From: Myxococcales bacterium
GTDB lineage: Bacteria > Myxococcota > Myxococcia > Myxococcales > UBA5297
Reading direction: 5' to 3'
DNA: 64,000 nucleotides
NCBI GenBank assembly: GCA_049841135.1
Contig: JASGHK010000008.1
Coordinates: 83,272 to 147,271, forward strand
This document shows, piece after piece, positions 19,871 to 29,744 of this stretch. Under the pieces are notes generated by a model, which saw only the letters and a list, made by a program, of their open reading frames with translations, had not been told where the DNA came from and searched no databases. Numbering within the stretch: position 1 is the stretch's first letter; each line of letters starts with the position of its first letter. A program made the position numbers and the translations under genes.

Positions 19871-20662
19871 CTACCGCGCGGGAGGCGCGCCGGACGCCTG
19901 TTCCTCTTCGGCGAGCACGGGGTTGCGCAGCACGCCCACGCCCTCGACCGACACCTCGACCACGTCCCCGGCGGCCAGCGGCCCGACACCCGGAGGGGTC
20001 CCGGTGGTCAGAACGTCCCCGGGCAGCAGGGTCATTCCGCGGCTGACGAACGAGAGCAGCTCGTAGACGTCGAAGATCATGTCCGAGGTGTTGCCCAGCT
20101 GGCGCACCTCGCCGTTGACCAGCGCCTTGACGAGCTGCTTCTTGGGGTCGAGGTCGGTCTCGATGACCGGGCCGAACGGGGCGAAGGTGTCGAAGCCCTT
20201 GGCGCGGGTGTACTGCACCTCGGCGCGCTGGATGTCGCGGGCGGTGACGTCGTTGAGGCAGGTGAAGCCCAGCACGCCTTCCTTGGCCTGGGCCGGGCTG
20301 ACCCGCCGCATCGTCTTGGCGACGACCACCGCGAGCTCGGCCTCGTGGTGGACCTCGCCGCTCTCCGGCGGCAGGCGGATGGGCTCGCCGGGGCCGACGA
20401 TGGCGGTCGGCGGCTTGAGGAAGATGAGCGGGCGCGACGGGATGGGCTTCTTCATCTCCTCGGCGTGGGCGCGGTAGTTGAGCCCCACCCCGAGGACCTT
20501 CGACGGCTCGCACGGCGCGAGGAGCTTCGCCTGGGCCAGCGGGACCGACTCGCCGGTCCGCTCCAGCTTCTCGAACGGGGCGCCGGCGAGGAGCGCGATG
20601 GAGGTCCCCTCCAGGATTCCCCAGGAGGTCCCCCCAGCATGACGGCAACGACAAATCTTCAT
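19871..20662 (-). CDS. fumarylacetoacetate hydrolase (FAH) family protein
   Basis: MKICRCRHAGGTSWGILEG...KVLGVGLNYRAHAEEM...HEAELAVVVAK...GFDTFAPFGPVIETD...LPGDVLTTGTPPGVG. Typical FAH-fold hydratase/isomerase. Confidence 0.85.
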   Translation of the reverse strand: MKICRCRHAGGTSWGILEGTSIALLAGAPFEKLERTGESVPLAQAKLLAPCEPSKVLGVGLNYRAHAEEMKKPIPSRPLIFLKPPTAIVGPGEPIRLPPESGEVHHEAELAVVVAKTMRRVSPAQAKEGVLGFTCLNDVTARDIQRAEVQYTRAKGFDTFAPFGPVIETDLDPKKQLVKALVNGEVRQLGNTSDMIFDVYELLSFVSRGMTLLPGDVLTTGTPPGVGPLAAGDVVEVSVEGVGVLRNPVLAEEEQASGAPPAR

Positions 20663-20718
20663 GTGCGGCCTATCCCTCGAATGGATGGGAGCGGGCGGAC
20701 CCCGGTCGGTGGGTCCGG

Positions 20719-21522
20719 CTAGAGCCCCAGCACCGCGAACATGTCGTAGAGGCCGGGCTGCTTGCCCACCACGAAGCGCGCGGCGCGCACCGCGCCCTGC
20801 GCGAACTGCTCGCGGCTCGACGCGCGGTGAGTGATCTCCAGCCGCTCGCCTTCGCCGATGTAGAAGACGGTGTGCTCGCCGACGACGTCGCCGCCGCGCT
20901 GGCACTGGATGCCGATCTCCTTCTTGCCGCGCTCGCCGATGTTGCCCTGGCGGGCGAGCTTGATGTCGGTGGCGGGGTCGCGCTTGAGCGCGTCGGCGAT
21001 GACCTCGGCCAGGCGCAGCGCGGTGCCGCTGGGGGCGTCCTTCTTGAGCCGGTGGTGCAGCTCGCTGATCTCCACGTCGTAGGCGTCGCCCAGGACGCGG
21101 GCGGCCTCGGCGGCGAGCTTGAGCATCAGGTTGACGCCGACGCTCATGTTGGGGGCCATCAGCATCGGGATGTGCTTGGCCGCGGCCTTCATCTCCTCCT
21201 TGGCCTTGGCGGTCACGCCGGTGGTGCCCACCACCATGGCGATCTTCTTCTCGGCGCAGATCTTGGCGTGCCCCGGCGCCGCCTCGGGGGCGCTGAAGTC
21301 GATGACGACGTCCGCGCCGGCCCCGATGGCCTCGACGAGGTTATCGACGACGGGAATCTCGAGGGCGCCCAGCCGGCAGGCGAGCCCGACGTCGAGGCCG
21401 ATGGCGGCGCTGCCCGGGCGCTCGGTGGCGCCCACGAGCTTCATGTCTTCGGCGTCGCGGACGAAGCGGACGATCGAGCTGCCCATCCGGCCGGCCACTC
21501 CGGTCACCACGGTGCGAATCAT
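20719..21522 (-). CDS. dapB: 4-hydroxy-tetrahydrodipicolinate reductase
   Basis: MIRTVVTGVAGRMGSSIVRFV...VVIDFSAPEAA...EISELHHRLKKDAPSGTAL...GGDVVGEHTVFY. AGGAGG RBS upstream of the ATG. Confidence 0.9.
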   Translation of the reverse strand: MIRTVVTGVAGRMGSSIVRFVRDAEDMKLVGATERPGSAAIGLDVGLACRLGALEIPVVDNLVEAIGAGADVVIDFSAPEAAPGHAKICAEKKIAMVVGTTGVTAKAKEEMKAAAKHIPMLMAPNMSVGVNLMLKLAAEAARVLGDAYDVEISELHHRLKKDAPSGTALRLAEVIADALKRDPATDIKLARQGNIGERGKKEIGIQCQRGGDVVGEHTVFYIGEGERLEITHRASSREQFAQGAVRAARFVVGKQPGLYDMFAVLGL

Positions 21523-21703
21523 GCTGAGCCTCCTGGAACGCCCAAAAGTGGGCGAGAGGATAGCAGAGGCCTCTGCCGGGCCGCAGCCAAAGTCAGTGGA
21601 GCGCGGAGCTCGGGCGGGCGCCGTGCCACGGCAACTGCCACGGGCATCGCCCGGAAGGCGCCTTGCCTCTCCTCCGACGAAGGCGTCCTGGCACGAAGCA
21701 TTG

Positions 21704-21775
21704 GTCCCATGCGTCCCATGCGTCCCATAGGACGTATAGGACCTATAGGACGCATGGGACCTATGGGACCGACAG
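21704..21775. repeat. 9-bp tandem array, 8 units (GTCCCATGC GTCCCATGC GTCCCATAG GACGTATAG GACCTATAG GACGCATGG GACCTATGG GACCGACAG)
   Basis: Read directly. Lies in the divergent intergenic region between dapB (minus, start 21522) and the Cys-rich lipoprotein gene (plus, 21981). Confidence 0.85.
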
Positions 21776-21980
21776 GCCCCCGCGGCGCTCCGCCGCGGTC
21801 CGCCTGTAATCGCCCAGCGCGGGCCCGGTCTTTCTGGACGAACCGGAAGGCCGCTTGAATGAACGCAGGGCGGCCGGGCACAGAAGGGCAAGCAGCAAGG
21901 GGCCGTCAGCAGAACTTCCCAAAAACCGAAAGTCGCCTGGAGCGGAACTCCCATCCCGGGAATCCGCGAGGAGGAGAAGC

Positions 21981-23627
21981 ATGTCTCCCGTCGCCGCCGA
22001 AATCCCGTCGCTCAGCATCTCCCGCCGTGTCGGACAGGCCGTGGCCGAGGTCCTCGCCGGCCTGCTCCCCGTCGTCTTCATGCTCTACGCGCTGCTGGCC
22101 TCCGGCTGCACCGCACCGGCCGCCACTCCGCAGAAGACCCCGAACGTCAAGGGCGTCCTCTCGCAGCGGATCTCCGGGACGCCGCGCTCGGCCGCCTCCG
22201 GCCAGGGCAGCTTCACGGCGATGGTGGTCCGCGAGGACCAGATGCTGCCGAGCCTCTCGTCCACCGCCGCCACCTACTCCGTGCCCGCCGACGGCATCAC
22301 CCACTCCGTCGCCGGCGGCCAGGCCATCGGCGCCCAGACGACCGACGACACCGGGGCCGCGTGGTGGGTGCTCATGCTCGCCCAGAGCTTCGCCGCGCCG
22401 ACCGAGTCGGTGATGGTCGCCCTGCCCGCCTCGGCGTACGTCCCGGGCAACGTCTCCCTCGACGGCATCCAGGCCGTGGCCTACCTGGTCGACGCCAACG
22501 GCAACCCCCTCGCCTACTCCACCAGCGGCCTGCTCTCCCTGACCGCCGCGCCGACCGCGCCCGGCGCGCTCGCGGTGGGCTCCTTCACCGGTACCTTCGC
22601 CGCCATCCCGGCGAGCGGCCCCTGCCGCACCGACGCCGACTGCTACGCCGGCGAGGTCTGCTCGGGCGGAACCTGCATCCCCGCCGACTGCTCCGTAACC
22701 GGCTGCCCCGCGGGGATGGCTTGCGACGCTTCGCTCGGAGCCTGCGTCCCGGCCGGCTGCACCACCGACGCCGACTGCGGCAACGGGCTTGCCTGCCGCG
22801 GCGGCCAGTGCACCCCCGCCGGCTGCACCCTCACCGGCTGCCCGGCCGGCTACGCCTGCGACGCCACCATCGGCCAGTGCGTTCCCCAGACGGCGACCTG
22901 CCGCACCGACGCCGAGTGCGCCGCCGGCCAGGTCTGCGTGAGCGGCACCTGCCAGGTCGCGCCCACCGGCTGCCAGACCACCGGCTGCCCCGCGGGCTAC
23001 GCCTGCGACTACTCCTCCGGCGCCTGCGTCCCCAGCACCCCCGTCTGCCGCACCGACGCCGACTGCGCCCGCGGCATGGTCTGCGACGTCGCCAGCGGCA
23101 CCTGCGCCTACCCCTCCGGCTGCCAGACCTACGGCTGCCCCGCGGGCTACACCTGCGACTACTCCACCGGCGCCTGCGTCTCCGGCACCGCGACCGGCTC
23201 GTGCTTCCCGGAGCCGAAGATGGGCACCGGCAGCTTCAGCGGCAGCGCCGGCTCGGTGGCCATGTGCTCCGCTGCAGGCCTCGACTCGCTCAACGGTGGC
23301 CCGGACGCCGGCCTGTTCGACGGCGAGGACGACAACTACAACCCGGCCACGCTCTTCGTCATCGGCGACCTGATGTCCGGCAACGGCGACAGCTACCTCA
23401 TCGTGGTGCTCGACCAGTGCCCGGCCGCGGGCAGCGTGCTCTCCGCCCCGGCCACCAAGTTCATGGCGCTCAAGCAGAGCGTGACGGCCGACGCCGTGGT
23501 CCAGATCCAGAAGACGGCGACCAGCGGCACCCTCACCTTCGCGGCCGGGCCCAACGGCTCGCTGACCGCCAGCGTTACCGCCACCTTCGGGGCGGACACC
23601 ATCACCGGCGACGCCACGCTCCAGTAG
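21981..23627 (+). CDS. lipoprotein with about 5 tandem myxobacterial-type cysteine-rich repeats
   Basis: RBS gaggagaagc, then lipobox LLASGC. Repeated about 45-aa units of the form CRTDADC..G.VC..GTC.P.GC...GCPAGYACD...G.CVP. Resembles the Myxococcus cysteine-rich repeat (TIGR02232-like), identified from memory. Confidence 0.7.
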   Translation: MSPVAAEIPSLSISRRVGQAVAEVLAGLLPVVFMLYALLASGCTAPAATPQKTPNVKGVLSQRISGTPRSAASGQGSFTAMVVREDQMLPSLSSTAATYSVPADGITHSVAGGQAIGAQTTDDTGAAWWVLMLAQSFAAPTESVMVALPASAYVPGNVSLDGIQAVAYLVDANGNPLAYSTSGLLSLTAAPTAPGALAVGSFTGTFAAIPASGPCRTDADCYAGEVCSGGTCIPADCSVTGCPAGMACDASLGACVPAGCTTDADCGNGLACRGGQCTPAGCTLTGCPAGYACDATIGQCVPQTATCRTDAECAAGQVCVSGTCQVAPTGCQTTGCPAGYACDYSSGACVPSTPVCRTDADCARGMVCDVASGTCAYPSGCQTYGCPAGYTCDYSTGACVSGTATGSCFPEPKMGTGSFSGSAGSVAMCSAAGLDSLNGGPDAGLFDGEDDNYNPATLFVIGDLMSGNGDSYLIVVLDQCPAAGSVLSAPATKFMALKQSVTADAVVQIQKTATSGTLTFAAGPNGSLTASVTATFGADTITGDATLQ

Positions 23628-23719
23628 GTTCGGCCGGTACGAGTCCGGCTCTCCAGAAGCTCGAGAAGACGCTGCGGCGCCCGGGGAGCAATCCCCGGGC
23701 GCTTTGTCGTTCGTCGCGA

Positions 23720-24688
23720 TCAGAAGCGGAAGGCCGCGACCGCCCCTGCGCCGGACGACGTGATGGACAGGTTGACCGCCTCCAGGCCGGGCTTCGCCGA
23801 CTCGACCTCCACGCCGTCCCCGCCCATCGTCGCCAGGCTGGCGCCGCCGAGGACCGCCATGACCAGCCCCGCGACGCCGACCCCCGCTCCGATGGCGACG
23901 AGCTGCGTGTAGTCGGTGTCCGGCGACGCCGCTCCGGCCGCCCCGCCGGCGAGCACGAGCCCCACCGCGGCGACGGGGACGCCCAGGGTGACGCCGGCGA
24001 TGCCCAGGCCGAGCTGGGTGTTGCTGCGGCTGGAGACGCGCACCAGCGACGCCGAGTCCGGAAGCACCAGCTCCTTCTCGCCTTCCCGGCCGACCACGCT
24101 GACCTGGTGCGGCCCTGGCTCCAGCGCGAGCTCGCAGGGCGTCACGCAGGAGGCGTTGCGATCCACGGAAACCATCAGTGCCCGTCCCTCGCCGTCGAAG
24201 CGAACGGGTCGGGCCATGCGCTCGACTCGTGCGGCCGCGGGCGGCTCGGGCCGGGGCGAGGTGGACTGGGCCGCCGGCTCCTTCTTCGGCTCGGGCGCCG
24301 TCACCCGCTGCGAGAAGGTGGCGCGCAGCCCCTCTGCCACCTGGACCGCGACCGTCTGCGCCGGGTTCTGCTCGCCCGCGTCCGGCCTGTAGGTGCGCGT
24401 CTCGAGGATCCCGTCCCGGCGGACGAGCACCACGACCTCCCAGGGCGCCTGCCGGACCTGGACGACTGCTCCTGGCGCGGCGAGCTCGGCTTGGAGGTCG
24501 GCCCCGTCGGGGAGCTTGTCCACCTGGTGTCCGGCCGCGTGCAGCTCCGCCAAGAGCCGGCTGCAGTAGACGTCGGCCCCGAACGCGCACGACAGGGCGA
24601 TGTGGGCCCCTGCCGCGGCCGCCTGCGCCGTGGTCGCCGTCAGCAGCGCCGCGGACATTGCGATGGCGAGGAGCAGTCCTCGCGTCAT
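23720..24688 (-). CDS. secreted PEGA-domain protein with C-terminal Gly/Ala-rich TM-like segment
   Basis: ATGA overlap with the anti-sigma stop. Signal peptide MTRGLLLAIAMSAALLTATTAQA. PEGA-like block RALMVSVDRNASCVTPCELALEPGPHQVSVVGREGEKELVL. Confidence 0.6.
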   Translation of the reverse strand: MTRGLLLAIAMSAALLTATTAQAAAAGAHIALSCAFGADVYCSRLLAELHAAGHQVDKLPDGADLQAELAAPGAVVQVRQAPWEVVVLVRRDGILETRTYRPDAGEQNPAQTVAVQVAEGLRATFSQRVTAPEPKKEPAAQSTSPRPEPPAAARVERMARPVRFDGEGRALMVSVDRNASCVTPCELALEPGPHQVSVVGREGEKELVLPDSASLVRVSSRSNTQLGLGIAGVTLGVPVAAVGLVLAGGAAGAASPDTDYTQLVAIGAGVGVAGLVMAVLGGASLATMGGDGVEVESAKPGLEAVNLSITSSGAGAVAAFRF

Positions 24689-25986
24689 TGGCCCACCAGC
24701 TCTCTGGCCGCCGCGGCGTGCGGCCCGTCCGGGAACTGCTTGAGGTAGTGGGTTGCGCTCTCCCAGGCTCCCCACTCGTCGCTTCGCTTCAGCTGCGACT
24801 CCATCAGCCGGCCCAGGCTCTCCTGCGCCAGCGGTCCGCGCGGCTGTTCCTGGAAGGCGGTCTGGAACCAGCGGCTGGCTTCCGCCGCATCGTCCAAGGC
24901 GTCGAAGGCCAGGCGGCCGAGATTGAAGGCCGCGGCGGCCGCCTGCGGTGTCCCCGGGAAGCGCTGCCGGGTGGCGAGGAAGACGCGCCGCGCCCCGGTG
25001 TAGTTGGCGGCGTAGCGCGCGGTGTCTGCCAGCTCGATCAGCTCCTCGGCGCTGGCGCTGGCGCAGATGGAGTCCAGGCCTTCTCCGATGGCGGCCGCCC
25101 ACGCCTCCGAGTACCTCGCATCGCGCGTGAGGCGAAGCCAGCTCGACGCCTGGTTTGGGTGGACCGCGGGGTTCGCCTTCTTGGCCACGAGCACGGGCCC
25201 TGGCGAGCCGGGCGAGACCAGAGAGCCCAATTCGGGATCGGCCGCCGGAAGCTCGCGCACCGAAGGGAGCGACGCGGAGGACGGCGCCGGCGGCGGCGGC
25301 GGAACCACGTAGGACTCCGAGCCCAGGACGAGCTTGCCCTCCTGGCAGCTGGCCTGCAGCGACTGGCCGGTGACGAGCACGATCTGCCGGCCCGGCTCGC
25401 AGCCGACCACCACCACCGACCCCTGCAGGCCGATGAGGGTCAGGCTCCCGCGCGCGACGTTCCACTCGAGGTCGAACTTGGTCCCGGTGACGCGGACCTC
25501 GAACGGCCCGGCGCGCATCTTCCAGTCCGTGTCCGGGCGGTGCACCACCGAGGCCGACATCCGGCCGCCTTCCAGCAGCAGCGTCACGCCATGGGGGGTG
25601 CGGCCCAGGATGCGCGCGCTGGCGCCGGGCTCGAGGTCCACCGCCGAGCCGTCCGAGAAGCGCAGCGGCAGCGGCGCCTGGGGCCCGGCCACCACGAAGC
25701 TGCCCGACACCTGGGCGCCCGGCCCCTCGCCCACCGTCAGCTCGATGGCCCGCGGCCAGAGGACGACCAGCAAGAACGCCGTCGCCGCCGTCGCCAGCCC
25801 GGTGCCGGCGAAGAGCAGCATGCGCGGCCACGAGGTCTTGGGGCCCACCGGATCCAGCAGCACGGCCGGGCGGGCGCGCTCGATCGCGTCGCTCTTCTCC
25901 AGCTGCTGGTCCTGGGCGCGCGCGACCTCGCGCCCCAATTCCTCGAGGGGCGTCAACGGGTCCATCGCCCACCTCCGCTCAGCCAT
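24685..25986 (-). CDS. FecR-like anti-sigma factor (membrane-spanning; start 25986 or 25965)
   Basis: Start overlaps the end of the ECF sigma gene. One TM segment (MLLFAGTGLATAATAFLLVVLW), FecR-like periplasmic domain (HRPDTDWKMRAGPFEVRVTGTKFDLEW...) and a C-terminal TPR-like region. Confidence 0.65.
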   Translation of the reverse strand: MAERRWAMDPLTPLEELGREVARAQDQQLEKSDAIERARPAVLLDPVGPKTSWPRMLLFAGTGLATAATAFLLVVLWPRAIELTVGEGPGAQVSGSFVVAGPQAPLPLRFSDGSAVDLEPGASARILGRTPHGVTLLLEGGRMSASVVHRPDTDWKMRAGPFEVRVTGTKFDLEWNVARGSLTLIGLQGSVVVVGCEPGRQIVLVTGQSLQASCQEGKLVLGSESYVVPPPPPAPSSASLPSVRELPAADPELGSLVSPGSPGPVLVAKKANPAVHPNQASSWLRLTRDARYSEAWAAAIGEGLDSICASASAEELIELADTARYAANYTGARRVFLATRQRFPGTPQAAAAAFNLGRLAFDALDDAAEASRWFQTAFQEQPRGPLAQESLGRLMESQLKRSDEWGAWESATHYLKQFPDGPHAAAARELVGQ

Positions 25987-26570
25987 CGCTCCAGCGCCGG
26001 CTGCTGGCTGGCCAGCGACAGGAAGCGCCGCTCCGCCTTCACCAGGCGACGCTTGATGGTCGCCAGCGAGACCTCGCATGCCTGGGCCACCGCGGTCAGC
26101 TCCATGCCGTCGACGAAGCGCAGCGCGAAGGCGATCCGCTCGTCAGCAGGCAACTTCTCCAGGACGGCGTACGTCGCCGCCAGCGCCTCGCCCCCGGCGA
26201 CGTCCGCGGGCTGCGCATGCCGCTCCCCGAGCCCCAGCTTCGAGAGCCAGCGCTGGCGCGTCCGGCGCCGCAGGCACTCACGCGCCGCGTGGACGGCGAT
26301 GGCCGACAGCCACGCCTCGATGCGCGCCGGGTCGTCGATCCGCTCCACGTTCTCCAGCGCCCGAAGGAAGACCTCCTGCAAGAGGTCCGGCAGCTCCGAG
26401 TCCACCCCGATGACCCGCGCGAGGATGCGCTGGACCCGCGGCGCGTACCGGTCGAAAAGGATGGCGGACGCCGCAGGCTTGCCCGAGCGCAGCGCGGCCA
26501 CCAGATCCGGGCCGTCGCACAGGCCCATCACCGGTCCGTCCTGCCTGCGCTCGCGCTGCGCTTGGGTCAT
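25953..26570 (-). CDS. ECF-type RNA polymerase sigma factor
   Basis: Sigma-70 region 2 (LQEVFLRALENVERIDDPARIEAWLSAIAVHAARE) and region 4 (LPADERIAFALRFVDGMELTAVAQACEVSLATIKRRL). Confidence 0.85.
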   Translation of the reverse strand: MTQAQRERRQDGPVMGLCDGPDLVAALRSGKPAASAILFDRYAPRVQRILARVIGVDSELPDLLQEVFLRALENVERIDDPARIEAWLSAIAVHAARECLRRRTRQRWLSKLGLGERHAQPADVAGGEALAATYAVLEKLPADERIAFALRFVDGMELTAVAQACEVSLATIKRRLVKAERRFLSLASQQPALERWLSGGGRWTR

Positions 26571-26649
26571 GACGGCTCTGAAGTGACCGAGGCCCGCGGC
26601 CGCGGCTCAGGAAAACGCCGAGGGCAGAATAGGCTGGCCTTCCGCCGAC

Positions 26650-28014
26650 TTGCAGCCAGCGTGGGCTCTCTTCTCCCCGCCGATGCCGACGCCCGAATCC
26701 ACCGCAGCCTCCGCCCAACCCTCCGCTCCCGCTCCTGCGCCGAGCCGGCCAGGCTTCCAGCGCGCGCAGCGCGCGCAGCGCGAGGCGTTCCTGCTCACCT
26801 GGCTCGTCTACGTCGCCTTCTACCTGACCCGGAAGGACTTCGACGGCGCCAAGCCGGGGATGATGGCTCCGCACGACGGCCTGCCGGGCGACTACACCAA
26901 GGCGCAAGTCGCGACGCTCGACACGTTCTTCCTGGGCTCCTACGCCGCCGGACACTTCCTGGCGGGCCCGCTGGGCGACTGGCTGGGAGCGCGGCGCATG
27001 GCACTCGTCGGCCTCGGCCTGTCGGTGCTGGCGAACGTCGCCTTCGGGCTGCTCCATCCCGTCCCGGCGCTCACGGTGGCCATCACCCTCAACGGGCTCG
27101 CGCAGGCGCTCGGCTATCCGCAGTGCTGCAAGATCATCGCGGCCTGGTTCCCGCCGGAGCAGCGCGGCCGGGCCTCGGCGTGGTTCCTGACGAGCTACAC
27201 GCTGGGCGACATCGCGGCCAAGGCGCTGGCCGGCGCGATGGTGAACCACGTCGGCTGGCGCTGGGCGTTCTTCGTCCCCGCGGGCATCGTCACGGGAATG
27301 CTCGCGCTGCTCTTCCTGCGGCTGCGGGGCACCCCGGCGGAGGCGGGCGTCCAGGAGGCGGCCAAGCCCTCGAGCGAGCCAGTCAAGGATCAGCCCCACG
27401 GCCACCCTCGCTTCGGCAGCGAGCTGCTCGCGCTGCTGCGGCATCCGGCCATCTGGCTCGTCTGCTCGAGCTACTTCATCCTCAAGATGGCGCGCTACAC
27501 GTTCCTGGGCTGGAGCAACGTCTTCCTCTTCGAGAAGCTCGGCTACAAGGCCGGAGACGCGACCCTGGCGACCATCCCCATCACCGTCGGCGGCCTGGTC
27601 GGCACCCTCGCCGCGGGCTATGCCTCCGACCGCCTCTTCCAGGCGCGGCGCGCTCCGGTCGCGGTCCTGAGCCTGGTCGGCCTCGCGATCCTCACGCCGA
27701 TCTACGCGCACCTCGAGCCTGGACAGCCGGGCCTGGCCATCGGCCTGCACCTGGGCGTCGGCTTCTGCCTGTTCGCCGCGGACGCCATCATGTCGATGGC
27801 CACCGCGATGGACCTGGGCACGGGCAAAGGCGCGGCGAGCGCCGCGGGGGTGATCAATGGCGCGGGCTCGATCGGCGCGACCTTGAGCCCATTCTTGGGC
27901 GCCTACGTCAGCACCCGCTTCGGCTGGACCAACGCCTGGTACGTGCTGGCCGTGCTGATGGCCGTTGCGGCCGTCATCACCCTGCCTCGCTGGAACAAGT
28001 CCGGGAGCGCCTGA
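26650..28014 (+). CDS. MFS transporter, organophosphate:Pi antiporter (GlpT/UhpC-like) family (start may be 26683)
   Basis: 12-TM protein with WLVYVAFYLTRKDF motif characteristic of OPA-family MFS. Divergent from the ECF sigma gene. Confidence 0.7.
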   Translation: MQPAWALFSPPMPTPESTAASAQPSAPAPAPSRPGFQRAQRAQREAFLLTWLVYVAFYLTRKDFDGAKPGMMAPHDGLPGDYTKAQVATLDTFFLGSYAAGHFLAGPLGDWLGARRMALVGLGLSVLANVAFGLLHPVPALTVAITLNGLAQALGYPQCCKIIAAWFPPEQRGRASAWFLTSYTLGDIAAKALAGAMVNHVGWRWAFFVPAGIVTGMLALLFLRLRGTPAEAGVQEAAKPSSEPVKDQPHGHPRFGSELLALLRHPAIWLVCSSYFILKMARYTFLGWSNVFLFEKLGYKAGDATLATIPITVGGLVGTLAAGYASDRLFQARRAPVAVLSLVGLAILTPIYAHLEPGQPGLAIGLHLGVGFCLFAADAIMSMATAMDLGTGKGAASAAGVINGAGSIGATLSPFLGAYVSTRFGWTNAWYVLAVLMAVAAVITLPRWNKSGSA

Positions 28015-28362
28015 CGCCGGGGTGGGCCGATGTAGGTCTGCTGTAGGTCCAAGGACGACCGAATTCGGTGCCGGAGGGCCTGCCGGTGAGGCCGGGTCGG
28101 CCAAAGAGGCCACCTGGGGCCCGCCAAGGCCCCTGGGAGCCGACTTGGCTCGCCAGCCCCATTTCAATACCTCTCGCCCTCCCCGAGGCCTCCAGCGGGC
28201 CGCCCAGCGGCCCTGGAGCGCCTTTCCGAGGCATTCGCAACATCTTGTTTTTACTTCACATTTTCATCCATCCAGAGAGCTCGCTGGCGAAGCGTGTCAC
28301 CGTCCGCGCTCCTCGCACGTTGAAGGCTCGTAGGGTCTTTCAACCGAGCACGGGAGGCAGAG

Positions 28363-28800
28363 ATGAGCGCCAAGGTCGTTCCAGGCATCGCCGCAACCGA
28401 GTTCATGGAGACCGACTACCTGGCCGATGTGCCCCAGGTCCATCTCCACTTCCTGACCGGTCCCGACGAGTACCGCGAGCTCGGCTACGGTCGCGTCGAG
28501 CTCTGCTGCCACGGCTGCGGAGCGGCGCTGCTCGTGCTCTACAACAACTCGGTGGAGGGGGCCGGCAAGGCCGACCACCTCGCCATCACCGACGACTTCG
28601 CCGCCCAGCACCGCACCTGCGTCAACCGCCACTTCGAGAGCTCCTGCCCGCCCTACCGCTCCGCCATGGCCATCGCCGACCTCCGCACCCGGCAGCGGGC
28701 GCTGCTCGAGCCGGAGAACGAGGACGAGGAGAGCGAAGAGCCGCAGTCCCGCATGGTCATCAAGGTCAAGGTCCCGAAGAAGAAGCCGGCAGCCGCCTGA
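28363..28800 (+). CDS. hypothetical Cys-rich protein with acidic tail
   Basis: RBS gggaggcagag. Product contains CCHGCG...C...C and a C-terminal EPENEDEESEE...KVKVPKKKP. No family recognised. Confidence 0.45.
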   Translation: MSAKVVPGIAATEFMETDYLADVPQVHLHFLTGPDEYRELGYGRVELCCHGCGAALLVLYNNSVEGAGKADHLAITDDFAAQHRTCVNRHFESSCPPYRSAMAIADLRTRQRALLEPENEDEESEEPQSRMVIKVKVPKKKPAAA

Positions 28801-28823
28801 CCCGAGTTCCCGAGCTCGTCGAC

Positions 28824-28851
28824 CGACACCCCGAGCTCGTCGAGGGGCCAG
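28824..28851. repeat. 27-nt motif copy 2 (cgacaccccgagctcgtcgaggggccag) with adjacent partial copy at 28807-28822
   Basis: See 19297..19324. Confidence 0.7.
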
Positions 28852-29018
28852 AGCATCGGGTCTCCACCGGACAACCCTGCGAATCCTGGCTCCTTTCCTC
28901 GGCCGCCCCGGCGCTCCTGCCCCCGCCAGGCGATGGTGCCGGCCTGACCCGCGGGAGGTCTGAATGCCCCAGCCCCCTGGCCGCCACTCTTCCTTCAGCG
29001 GGCTTGGACCCTCCGAGG

Positions 29019-29744
29019 ATGCAAGGCAAGATGAGCTTCGCGACGGCCAATCCACTCGAGGTGCTCAACGGCCTGCCGCAGGCGATCCTCGACGTGTCCA
29101 CCCTCCTTGCCCGCCCCGCTGAGCCAGCCCCGGCCGCCGCCGAGGCCGACCCCGGTCTGCTCATCGCCCGCTGCCGCGAGGGCGACCGCGCCGCGCTGGG
29201 CGAGCTGTACCGGCTCTACCGCGGCGAGGCGATGCGCTTCGTGCGCCACGCCGTGCGCAATGGCCAGGACGTCGAGGACATCCTCCAGGAGGTCTTCGTC
29301 GAGGTCGCCCACTCCATCAAGTCGTTCGCCGGCCGCTCGTCGTTCGAGAGCTGGCTGCGCTGCGTCTGCGTGCGCACCGCGCTGCGGCACCTCAAGCGCC
29401 GCACCCGCCAGGTCGGAGAGGACGAGCCCGACGCCGACGCCCGCGCCGAGCGGACCCTGACCAGCACCGACGACCCTTCCGACGGCTTCGAGCGCCGCGA
29501 GCGCGCCCGCCGCATCGAGCAGCTGCTCGACCAGATTGCTCCCAAGAAGCGCATGGTCCTCGTCCTCCACGACTTCGAAGGCATCGCCCCCAAGGAGATC
29601 TCCCAGATGGTCGGCGCCCCCGTGCTGACCGTGCGCACGCGGCTGTTCTACGCACGCAAGGAGCTGGCCGTGCTGGCGGCGCAGGATCCCGTGCTGGCGC
29701 AGGACCTGAAGCCCTGGCTCGAGGCGAAGGAGGCCACCAAGTGA
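29019..29744 (+). CDS. ECF-type RNA polymerase sigma factor (start 29019 or 29031)
   Basis: Region 2 (DILQEVFVEVAHSIKSFAGRSSFESWLRCVCVRTALRHL) and region 4 (LLDQIAPKKRMVLVLHDFEGIAPKEISQMVGAPVLTVRTRLFYARKEL). Confidence 0.85.
   Translation: MQGKMSFATANPLEVLNGLPQAILDVSTLLARPAEPAPAAAEADPGLLIARCREGDRAALGELYRLYRGEAMRFVRHAVRNGQDVEDILQEVFVEVAHSIKSFAGRSSFESWLRCVCVRTALRHLKRRTRQVGEDEPDADARAERTLTSTDDPSDGFERRERARRIEQLLDQIAPKKRMVLVLHDFEGIAPKEISQMVGAPVLTVRTRLFYARKELAVLAAQDPVLAQDLKPWLEAKEATK

Noticed and set aside
21636-21652. Sigma-54 promoter (ctGGCACgaagcaTTGGt) upstream of the Cys-rich lipoprotein gene
   Set aside because: The -12 element is TTGG rather than TTGC at canonical spacing, and it lies about 330 bp from the start codon. 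Too weak to call.
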